DNA of 64,000 nucleotides from an uncultured Planctomycetota bacterium (GTDB lineage Bacteria; Planctomycetota; Planctomycetia; Gemmatales; Gemmataceae): NCBI GenBank assembly GCA_963849325.1, contig CAWKHF010000012.1, positions 128,001 to 192,000 of the forward strand, read 5' to 3'. Shown piece by piece: positions 55,412 to 64,000 of this stretch (position 1 is its first letter; each line of letters starts with the position of its first letter). The notes under the pieces were generated by a model. It saw only the letters and a program-made list of their open reading frames with translations, ran no database searches and was not told where the DNA came from. The position numbers and the translations under genes were made by a program.

Positions 55412-55450
55412 GCCGCTTGCGGCTTAGCGAAGCGCTAAGCCGCAAGCGGC
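55412..55450. repeat. Perfect hairpin just downstream of the sigma gene
   Basis: GCCGCTTGCGGCTTAGCG-AAG-CGCTAAGCCGCAAGCGGC. Confidence 0.75.
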
Positions 55451-55466
55451 ACGTACAACGACACGC

Positions 55467-56303
55467 TTAATCCGCGTGCATGCTCTCGCTGAGTTTGCCC
55501 AGCGCTTCGCTCTCGATCTGGCGGACGCGCTCGCGGGTCAGGCCGAGGCGTTCGCCGATCTCCTTGAGCGTCTTCGGCTCCTCGTCGTCCAGGCCGAAAC
55601 GCATGCGCAGCACGGTCGCCTCGCGCTTGTCCATCTTGCCGAGCAGATCGAGGACGTGATGCAGGTCGTCGGCCTCGACCATCTCGGTGTCGGGCGTCTT
55701 GGTGTGGCCGTCCATGAGCATCTCGTCGAGCGACCAGCCGGACTCGGCCTGGTCGGTCTGCGGCGCCGAGTTGTAGACGCGGATGGCCTTCTTGATGATG
55801 TTGAGCTTCTTTTTCGGCAGGTTGAGGCTGCGGGCGATCTCTTCCTGAGTCGGCGGACGGCCCAGCTCTTCCTGCAGCTTGGCGCTGGCGCGGCGCCACT
55901 TGGCCAGCAGTTCGACCATGTAGGCGGGGATGCGGATGGTCTTGGCCGTGTTGACCAGGGCGCGCTTGATCGACTGCTTGATCCAGTAACTGGCGTAGGT
56001 GCTGAAGCGCGTGTTCATCGACGGGTCGAAGCCCTCGACGGCGCGCAGCAGGCCGAGGTTGCCTTCCTCGATCAGGTCTTGCAGGCCCAGCCCCTTGCCG
56101 GTGTAGCTGCGGGCGATGTTGACCACCAGGCGCAGGTTGGCGCGGACCATGCGGTCGCGGGCCTCGCTGTCGCCGTCCTCGATGCGGTAGGCCAGCTGCT
56201 TCTCTTCCTCGGCGTTGAGCAGGGGGGTTTCGTTGATCTCGCGGAGATACGTTTCCAGTGGCGACTGGACCGAATCATTCCGTAGACGGCGCGGTCGTGT
56301 CAT
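55467..56303 (-). CDS. RpoD/RpoS-family sigma-70 factor lacking region 1.1
   Basis: YLREI, ANLRLVV, DLIEEGNLGL, FSTYASYWIKQ, TIRIP and TRERVRQIE. Confidence 0.95.
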   Translation of the reverse strand: MTRPRRLRNDSVQSPLETYLREINETPLLNAEEEKQLAYRIEDGDSEARDRMVRANLRLVVNIARSYTGKGLGLQDLIEEGNLGLLRAVEGFDPSMNTRFSTYASYWIKQSIKRALVNTAKTIRIPAYMVELLAKWRRASAKLQEELGRPPTQEEIARSLNLPKKKLNIIKKAIRVYNSAPQTDQAESGWSLDEMLMDGHTKTPDTEMVEADDLHHVLDLLGKMDKREATVLRMRFGLDDEEPKTLKEIGERLGLTRERVRQIESEALGKLSESMHAD

Positions 56304-56693
56304 GGGGAGTTTTCCAGCGCGGTGAGGGTGACCCAGTCTACAGTTCCAACTTTAGGTCAAACTTGGAGCGATGCCAAAAACCGGCCGGCGTTTTGACGCC
56401 GGCACGATTTTTCGCCGGGAGCACAATCCATTGCTCCCTCGCCCAAGTTATCGTCCTTGACAGCCGCGTCGCGCTGGATGAGTCGGTTCGCGCGGCGGAC
56501 AAGGTGCCGACGCCGACCCCGGCAGGAGACGAGCAATCGCTCAGACCGGTCCACCCTCCTCTCCCCCTACGCAGCGGACAGGCCGCGCAACCGCTGCGAC
56601 CGTCAACGCAAACGCCTCCCCCATCGCTCCCGGCCCCGCGGACACTCATGTGTCCAGAGGACGGGAGGAAGGAGGAGGCGTCCATGTTTTTTA

Positions 56694-56765
56694 TCCGAGC
56701 CTGAAGCGTAAGCGAAGAGATGGCAACCGAGGGGACCATCTCTTCGCTTACGCTTCAGGCTCGGA
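56694..56765. repeat. Palindrome family B copy 3 (downstream of rpsA)
   Basis: TCCGAGCCTGAAGCGTAAGCGAAGAGATGG...CCATCTCTTCGCTTACGCTTCAGGCTCGGA. Confidence 0.9.
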
Positions 56766-56785
56766 GGCGTTGCTTCGGATAGTTG

Positions 56786-58596
56786 TTACTCCTTCTCGGG
56801 GGCCGGCGGCTCGGGCATGCTGAACAGCTGCCCGCCGCCGGCGCCGGTGCCGCCGCGCAGCTCGCGCTTGGGTCCGGCGCCCTTGCCCTCGGCCGCCTCC
56901 TCGGCGGCCTCGGCCTCCTCGCTCTCCTCCTTGGTCCACGTCAGCCGCTTGCGGCTCAGACCGATCTTGCGATCGGCCGCGTCCACGCGCAGGACCTTGA
57001 CCTCGATCTCGTCGCCGACTGCTTGACCACGTCCTCGGGGCTTTCGACCTTGTGGTCGGCCAACTCCGAGATGTGCAGCAGGCCCTCCAGGCCCGGCTCC
57101 AGCTCAACGAACACGCCGAAGTTCGTCAGCTTCGTCACCTTGCCCTTCTTGATCTCGCCGGGCTTGTAACGGCCGGGGATGTCGCCCTCCCACGGATCGT
57201 TGTTCATCTGCTTGAGGCCCAAGGCGATGCGCTTGCGCTCCTGATCGACGTTGAGCACCACGCACGTCACCTTGTCGCCCTTGGCGACGACCTCGCTGGG
57301 ATGGGCCACCTTGCGCACCCAGCTCATGTCGCTGACGTGCAAGAGGCCGTCGATGCCCTCCTCGATCTCGATGAAGGCGCCGTAGTTGGTCAGGTTGCGG
57401 ACGACGCCGCTGATGACGGTGCCCGGCGGATAGCGCTCGGCCACCTTGTCCCACGGATTGGGCTGCACCTGCTTCATGCCCAGGGAGATTTCCTGCTTCT
57501 CCTTGTTGATGTTGAGGACCTGCACCTCGATCTGGTCGCCGATGGAGACCAGCTCGCTGGGGTGGTTGATGCGCTTGGTCCAGCTCATTTCGCTGATGTG
57601 GACCAACCCCTCGATGCCCGGCTCCAGCTTGACGAAGGCGCCGTAGCTCATGACGTTGACGACTTCGCCGGTGTGACGGCTGCCGACCGGGTACTTGTCG
57701 GCCACGTTCTGCCACGGGCTGGGCGACTTGTGCTTGAGCGACAGGGCGATCTTTTCCTTGTCCTTGTCCACCTGCAGGATGTACACCTCGAGCTGCTGAT
57801 CGATGTGGACAACTTCGTGCGGATTGTTGACGCGGCCCCAGCTCATGTCGGTGATGTGCAAGAGGCCGTCGATGCCGCCCAGGTCCACGAAGGCGCCGAA
57901 CTCGGCGATGTTCTTGACGACGCCCTTGCGGAGCTGGCCGATCTCGATCTCGCTGAGGAGCTTCTTCTTCATCTCCTCGCGCTGATCTTCGAGCAGCTTG
58001 CGACGGCTGACGACGATGTTGCGGCGCGCCTCGTCGATCTTGAGGATCTTGCACTCGATGGTCTTGTTGATGTAGTCGGCGATGTCCGGCGGCCGGCGGA
58101 TGTCCACCTGGCTGGCCGGCAGAAAGACGTTGACGCCGATGTTGACGAGCAGACCGCCCTTGATCTTGCGTGTGACCAGGCCGGAGACGACGTCGCCCTC
58201 CTTGTGCTTGGCGATGACGTCTTCCCATTCCTTCTGCCGCTTGGCCTTGCGATAGCTCAGGACGATGGCGCCGCCCTCGTCCTCGACGGCGTCGAGCAGG
58301 ACCTGGATCTCTTCGCCGACCTGCGGCGGATGGACCTTGTCGTCGCCCTCGTCGTACCACTCCTGCAAGGGGATGATGCCCTCGCTCTTGTAGCCGACGT
58401 CCACGACCACGTCGTCGCCGACGATGTTGACGACGCGGCCCTTGATGATCTTGTTGACCTCGAAGTCCTGTTCCTCCGGCGGCAGCCAGGTCTCGACGTC
58501 GGCGCCGGTGTCCAGGCGCGTGAAGGCGTCGTGGAGTTCCTGTTGCAGCTCGGTTTCGGAAAGATCGAACTGACGAAGCAAATTACGATTGACCAT
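56786..58596 (-). CDS. rpsA: 30S ribosomal protein S1 (one frameshift near 57020)
   Basis: Repeated S1 domains: DVGYKSEG, FLPASQVD, FGAFVDLGGIDGLLHITDMSW and EGLVHISEMSW. Confidence 0.97.
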
Positions 58597-58831
58597 ACAA
58601 CCAGGCATCCTCTCCGCCGGTCCCCTCCTGGCCCGTGCTTGCGCGGCGGGCTGGTGAGATCGGCGACGTGCGAAACGAAAAAAGGCGGTTCGTTTCCAGC
58701 CGTCCACCCTGGCCGGCTTCCGAGGAGACGATCAATCCGCCATTATAGGAGATGCTCAAGCCCGACACCAGGGAGGGAAAGGGAAGATGGGCCGACAAGC
58801 CCCGAGCGCGAGCGAGGGGGAAGGGATCGAT

Positions 58832-59005
58832 TCAGGCGCAGAGATCGAGCCAGTGTTGCAGGTCGGTGATTTCAAAGGCGTTGGCCAGGGCAGGCGCGTC
58901 GTCGCTGTCGAAGTCGGCGGCATCCCAGGCTTCCTCGACCGCCCGGTTTCTCCAGGCGACGAAGTCTTCCAGCGGCGACAGCGGGCCAGACAGTTGGATG
59001 GTCAT
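58832..59005 (-). CDS. Small acidic hypothetical protein (57 aa)
   Basis: GGGGGAG RBS; MTIQLSGPLSPLEDFVAWR...FEITDLQHWLDLCA. Confidence 0.55.
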   Translation of the reverse strand: MTIQLSGPLSPLEDFVAWRNRAVEEAWDAADFDSDDAPALANAFEITDLQHWLDLCA

Positions 59006-59263
59006 GTCTCTCCCCCTTCCAGGGGAGGGACGCACGGCGCGGCCAAACTTGCGCGATTGGATAGGAAAGTCTGGTTTCTTGCTCTCAACCGTCGCTTCGT
59101 CTGCCATCCTGACGCCTGGATCATCCTTCTTACCACCATCCTGATCTTGTGCCCTTTCCATGATCCCCTTGGAGCGTTCACAGTCTCCTCTCACCCCTTC
59201 CCGTTTGTCGCGACGGCTCCGACAATGCCCCTGTTGTCTTCTCCTTGCGAAAGGAAGCATGCC

Positions 59264-61096
59264 ATGTCTGCCTCCACCAGCGCCGTCTCCAACGGCCGTC
59301 CCACCAGCAGCGCCGACCGCGTCGCCTGGGATCTGTCCGACCTCTACGCCGGCGTGGACGATCCCAACATCGGCCGCGATCTCGACGCCTCCCTGCGCGC
59401 GGCGCAGGCGTTCGAGTCCACCTACCGCGGCCGGATCGACGTATCCGGTGGACCTCCGGCGGACTTCCTGCTCGCCGCCGTGCGCGAGTTGGAAGAGTTG
59501 TGCGAGCAGATGGACCGACCGATCATCTACGCCGGTCTGGTACACGCTGCTAAGACCGACGATCCCAGGCACGGCGCCCTGCTGGCCCGCACTCGCGAGC
59601 AGCGCACCGTCATCAATAAACATTTGATCTTTTTCGATCTCGAATGGGTCAAGGTCGCCGACGATGCCGTCGCCCGTCTGCTCGACGAGCCGTCGCTGGC
59701 CCGCTATCGCCATTACCTGGAACAGAAACGCGCCTGGCGACCGCACTACCTGAGCGAGCCGGAAGAGAAAATCCTCGAAGAGAAGGGCGTCACCGGCCGG
59801 GCCGCCTTCGTCCGCCTGTTCGATGAGACCGTGGCGTCACTGCGCTTCCCCTTTGAATACGGCGGCGAGACGGACTCGCTGTCGTTGCAGCAGATCAACG
59901 CCCGCCTCTACGATGCTGACCGTGGCGCTCGCCGCGCCGCCGCCGACGGCCTGACCCACGGTCTGCGCGACAACGCTCGTCTCTTGACGTACCTCATGAA
60001 CACGCTGGTCCTCGACCATCGCTCCGACTGCAACCTGCGCCACTTCGATGATCCGATGGGACCGCGCCACCTCGCCAACGAGATCCGCCCTTCCGTCGTC
60101 GCCGCCCTGCTGACGGCAACCGAGCGCTACCACGGCACGGTGCAGCGTTACTACCGCCTCAAGGGCCGGCTGCTGGGCCTGGAGCAACTGGACGATTACG
60201 ATCGCTATGCTCCGCTGTTCGCCGACATGCCGGCCTGCGATTGGCCGACGGCGCAGAGCATCGTGCAGGAGAGCTACCAGGCGTTCAGCCCGCGGGCCGG
60301 CGCGGTCATCGGCGAGTTCTTCGACAAGAGCTGGATCGACGCCGAGCTGCGCGACGGCAAGCGCGGCGGCGCCTTCAGCAGCAGCACCGTGCCCAGCGCC
60401 CACCCCTACATCCTGATGAACTTCACCGACAAGCTGCGCGACGTGATGACCCTGGCCCACGAGCTGGGCCACGGTTTGCATCAATACCTGTCGCGCGGCG
60501 TCGGTTACTTGCAGTGCGATACGCCGCTGACGACGGCGGAGATGGCCAGCGTCTTCGGCGAGATGTTGACCTTCCAGCGCCTGCAACAACGCTATCCCGA
60601 GCCGCGCATTCGCCTGGCTATGCTGTGCAGCAAGATCGAGGACAGCTTCGCCACCGTGTTTCGACAAGTGGTGTTGACGCGCTTCGAGCAAGCGCTGCAC
60701 CAGGCCCGCCACGAGCGCGGCGAGCTGACGACGGAGCAGATCAACGAGCTGTGGCTGGCGGCCAACCGGCCGATGCACGGCGACGTGGTGCGGCTGACGG
60801 ACGGCTACGGCTGGTGGTGGATGTACATTGGTCATTTCGTCCACGTGCCGTTCTACTGCTACGCCTATGCCTTCGGCGAACTGCTGGTGCTGGCCCTGGT
60901 GCAGAAGTATAAACAGGAAGGCTCGGCGTTTGTGCCGCGCTACCTGGAGTTGCTGTCGGCCGGCGGCTCCGACGCGCCGCATCTGCTACTCGGCAAGCTC
61001 GGCGTCGATGTGAACGATCCGGCGTTCTGGGAGCTGGGGCTGCGCTTGCTCGACGGCATGGTCGCCGAGGCCGAGGAGTTGGCGCGGAATGTTTAG
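59264..61096 (+). CDS. M3B oligoendopeptidase F
   Basis: WDLSDLY, GKRGGAF, HPYILMN, TLAHELGHGLH, AEMASVFGE and FYCYAY. Confidence 0.93.
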   Translation: MSASTSAVSNGRPTSSADRVAWDLSDLYAGVDDPNIGRDLDASLRAAQAFESTYRGRIDVSGGPPADFLLAAVRELEELCEQMDRPIIYAGLVHAAKTDDPRHGALLARTREQRTVINKHLIFFDLEWVKVADDAVARLLDEPSLARYRHYLEQKRAWRPHYLSEPEEKILEEKGVTGRAAFVRLFDETVASLRFPFEYGGETDSLSLQQINARLYDADRGARRAAADGLTHGLRDNARLLTYLMNTLVLDHRSDCNLRHFDDPMGPRHLANEIRPSVVAALLTATERYHGTVQRYYRLKGRLLGLEQLDDYDRYAPLFADMPACDWPTAQSIVQESYQAFSPRAGAVIGEFFDKSWIDAELRDGKRGGAFSSSTVPSAHPYILMNFTDKLRDVMTLAHELGHGLHQYLSRGVGYLQCDTPLTTAEMASVFGEMLTFQRLQQRYPEPRIRLAMLCSKIEDSFATVFRQVVLTRFEQALHQARHERGELTTEQINELWLAANRPMHGDVVRLTDGYGWWWMYIGHFVHVPFYCYAYAFGELLVLALVQKYKQEGSAFVPRYLELLSAGGSDAPHLLLGKLGVDVNDPAFWELGLRLLDGMVAEAEELARNV

Positions 61097-61156
61097 CCGC
61101 GACGCGCAGCGGAGCGCGGGAATGCTCCCGCGCCCCGCTGCGCGTCGCGGCTAAAC
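61091..61156. repeat. Palindrome family A copy 3, filling the gap between convergent genes
   Basis: Same arms as 2055 and 17076. Its TAG is the peptidase stop, and the opposite gene's stop abuts its other end. Confidence 0.9.
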
Positions 61157-62411
61157 TTATTTCATCGCTTTCAACTCAAATCGATGTGCGATCGGCCGCG
61201 CTTTCTTGTAGATTTCCTTTTCCATCGATTGAATATCCTCCATGAGTTTCCGCAATTCCTTCGGCTTGCGTTCGTCGTACACATCGCCCAGCCAGTAGGG
61301 CCGCGGTGCCATCACTACCTGGCGGAAGCGCTTGTGGACGATGCCGTTCTTGGCGTTGATCTTCTGCAACACATCCTTGCCCTGCTCGAACAGCGGTCCC
61401 GTGTCGAGGTTGCCGAGGTTGACGCCTTCGCCCAGCTCCTCCGCGGTGAACTCGCCAACCTTCTTGTCATCGATGCTCAGAGCGTATTTGCCGCCCGTCA
61501 ACCCCTTCACCTTCAGACCATAGTAATTGAGGTCGCGGAGTTGGTTGACGTAGGGCAAGAGAGGCCGCCAATCCGGCAGGATCGGCATGGGCAGGGCCGC
61601 GTCGGTGCGCCGGAACGAGATGCCGTCGGAGGCGACGTTCAGTTCCTCGACGGTGCAGTCGAGAGGAGTCACCTTGCGCTGGGCGGCGTCGATCTCGACG
61701 TTGCTGACGCGGGCCGGCGCCTTGAGTCCGGTAAGGATGGTGTGGGCCATGAGCAGGCCGCCGGCGCCGTTGGTATGCACGGCGTCGGGGAAGGGACTGA
61801 CCTTGGCGTCGTCCGCCGCGATCTTCGCCAGCACCTTGCGCGTCACGGCGTACTGATCGACGAACGGGACGTTGTACTTCAGGGCCAGCTCGCTGCAGGG
61901 GAGCGTAGAACTTTTTCTGCGTCTCCAGGTACGTCTCCCACTTGAGCTTTTCTTTCGGCCGGGCGCGGACCTCGACGGCGTTGGGCGAGATGAGGACGAC
62001 GCGCACGCCGGCCTTCTGGGCGGCCTTGAGCATGGCCTCGGTGTTCTGGAGGAACTGCTGGGCGGACTGGGGGTTGAACGTGCCGTAGCCGCCGTCGTTC
62101 ATGCCGAAGTCGATGGTGACGACCGTGGGCTTCTCGGCCAGGACGTGCTCGGCGAAGCGGCCGGCGCCGCCGGTGGCCGTATCGCCGCTGATGCCGGCGT
62201 TGAGGAAAGTCATGCCGACCTGGGGAAAGCGCGTCGTCAGGTACAGCTCGATGTCGGTCGAATACTGATACTGCTCGGTGATGCTGTCGCCGAGGAAGAC
62301 GACGCGGTCGCCCTTGCCGAAGAAGAAGTTGTCCATCGGCGTCGCCGCCCGTAGCGGCGTCGAAACGAGGACAAGGGCCAGCAGGGACAGGTACGAGGTG
62401 CGGCGGTTCAT
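61157..62411 (-). CDS. Secreted SGNH/GDSL hydrolase (frameshifted)
   Basis: Signal peptide, FLGDSIT, NAGISGD, FGMNDG and DAVH. Confidence 0.9.
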
Positions 62412-62613
62412 GCGGGTATCTCCGTGGGATGATCCAGTCCCGTTGTAACGAAGCCCTGCCAGCGCGGCAAACCTTTTCCGTTCCTTTGTCCGGCGACAAG
62501 AGAAATGTCCGCCGCGAGGGGTCCGGGGGCGTCCGAGCTAGCACGACAAAATGGCGAACGGTCAGCCTCAGCAGCCAGGTTGGCCCACCAGCCGACTGAC
62601 GCCGGCCGTTCGC

Positions 62614-62781
62614 CCCTAACCAAACCCATTCCCATTTCGGATTCAGCTTGACAGGGACGGTCAAACCTGCGACGGATGGATAGATGAGACGTTTTCTACT
62701 CGCGAGGTAATCCCGCACGGATTTCTGAGGCACGAGGGACGCCCCGTCGCTTGGTCTGCGGACGGATGGGGTTGGTTAGGG
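62614..62781. ncRNA. Candidate structured RNA or leader (unassigned)
   Basis: CCCTAACCAAACCCAT pairs with ATGGGGTTGGTTAGGG (one mismatch). Inner GCGACGG/CCGTCGC stem. Confidence 0.3.
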
Positions 62782-62794
62782 AGGTCTTCTTTTC

Positions 62795-63112
62795 ATGTTG
62801 CACATTACGTGTGATCTTTGCGGTAAGGAAATCCGGGCCGGACAGGACCATTACGTCGTGAAGATCGAGGTCTTCGCCAAGCACGATCCGGCCCAGTTGA
62901 CCGAGGCGGACCTGGAAGAAGATCACATGGAGGCCGTCGGCCAGTTGTTGCGCGAGATGGAAGATCAGGAAGCCGCCGACGCCATCGAACCGGCACGGCA
63001 CAACCTCCGCTACGATTTGTGCCCCGACTGCCGCACGCGCTATCTCCGCGATCCCCTCAATAAGGAGCTGAACAAGGAAGCCGCTCAGAAGTTCGATTTC
63101 AGCGAGAATTGA
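62795..63112 (+). CDS. Small protein with two CxxC motifs (putative Zn-binding)
   Basis: GGAGGT RBS; CDLC and CPDC. Confidence 0.78.
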   Translation: MLHITCDLCGKEIRAGQDHYVVKIEVFAKHDPAQLTEADLEEDHMEAVGQLLREMEDQEAADAIEPARHNLRYDLCPDCRTRYLRDPLNKELNKEAAQKFDFSEN

Positions 63113-63127
63113 TCGAACGGTTCGTTT

Positions 63128-63800
63128 TCACCTCGATTCGTCCGTCGGCGTGACGGCGGTGACGCGGCCGGACTCGACGCGCACCACCTGCCGCGCCAGG
63201 CGCTCGGCCTCGTCCGCGTTGTGCGTCACGTACAGCGTCGGAATGTCCCACTCGTGCAATACCTGCTCGATGTATCCCAGCACGCGCTGGCGCAGCGCTT
63301 CATCGACCGACGCCAACGGTTCATCCAGCAGCAGCAATCGTGGCCCACACAGCAAGGCGCGGCCCAGGGCAACGCGCTGACGTTGGCCGCCGGACAGCGT
63401 ATGCGGTAGACGGTCGAGCGTGTCATGCCAGCTGGAGCACCTCGACGACGCGCTCCAGCGACGGCGGGCGGGCATCGGGCGGCCGGCGCCGCCAGCCGTA
63501 CAGCAGATTGCGGCGCACGCTCAGGTGCGGAAACAGCATGTAATCCTGGAACACGTAGCCGATGCGGCGCGACTCCGGCGGCAGATCCACCCCCGCGGCG
63601 CTGTCGAACAGCACGGTCGAATCGAGGCGAATGCGGCCGTGCCGCGGCCGGAGCAGGCCGGCCAGGACGGACAGAATGGTCGTCTTGCCGCTGCCGGATG
63701 GTCCGCTGAGGACGGTGATGGAGGTCCGCGTCGTGAAGGCGGCGTCCAGGGTGAAGCCCGTGGGGTAGTGCAGCCGGCAGGCGAACTCAAGGCGAATCAC
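63128..63800 (-). CDS. modC: Molybdate ABC transporter ATPase (no TOBE domain; frameshifted)
   Basis: [41 protein letters not shown] and YVTH. Confidence 0.88.
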
Positions 63801-64000
63801 GTCGCGCCCCCCGGCGTTGCAGGTATTCGCTGGCGGCCAGCGCGGCACAGGACAGCACAATCGCCGCGCTCACCAGTCTCCACATGCGCTGCTCGTAGGC
63901 GTCGCCGGGCTGCTCGTTCAGCAGATACAGCTGCACGGCCAGGGTGCGTCGGCCCGGCTGACTGCCGGCGAACAGCAGCGTCGCGCCGAATTCGCCCAGG
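63787..64000 (-). CDS. modB: Molybdate ABC permease, 3' end
   Basis: My translation of the minus strand gives LGEFGATLLFAG...TLAVQLY followed by a TM segment. Overlaps the modC start. Confidence 0.85.
   Translation of the reverse strand, partial: LGEFGATLLFAGSQPGRRTLAVQLYLLNEQPGDAYEQRMWRLVSAAIVLSCAALAASEYLQRRGARRDSP

Noticed and set aside
57052-58869. Long antisense ORFs (for example 605 aa opposite rpsA, 580 aa opposite the RND gene, 504 aa opposite rnr)
   Set aside because: Expected shadows of high-GC codon usage; no recognisable motifs.
58787-59263. N-terminal extension of the oligoendopeptidase
   Set aside because: Family similarity starts near WDLSDLY after an AAGGA RBS at the 59264 start. 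The extension overlaps a likelier minus-strand ORF.

Overview
High-GC bacterial chromosomal segment, most likely from a planctomycete of the Gemmataceae/Isosphaeraceae type. Lineage markers are DUF1559 (prepilin plus H-X9-DG), DUF1501 next to a PSCyt/DUF1549/DUF1553 cytochrome, a PVC-type CxxCH dehydrogenase, DUF4058 and LEPR-XLL proteins. Housekeeping genes (argS, coaD, rnr, yhaM-like, rpsA, hemW, rfbD, rhaB, a sigma-70 factor, oligoendopeptidase F, modBC) are mixed with a ribose-type sugar ABC operon, an RND pair, a TolC-family protein and many small hypothetical proteins. Many genes, including essential ones, carry single-base frameshifts. I read these as uncorrected long-read errors, so some gene ends are approximate. 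No rRNA, tRNA, CRISPR array, transposase or prophage was found. Main observations: (1) many REP/REPIN-like palindrome families, with one copy inserted in-frame in RNase R and others supplying stop codons; (2) three paralogous small proteins with a possible Sm/Hfq-like fold around an orphan antitoxin; (3) a LEPR-XLL GH64 glucanase with a permuted FN3-like insert and a possible shared C-terminal module; (4) a sugar permease carrying a binding-protein-like lobe; (5) a candidate ~170-nt structured RNA. All family assignments come from motif recognition by eye; no searches were run.
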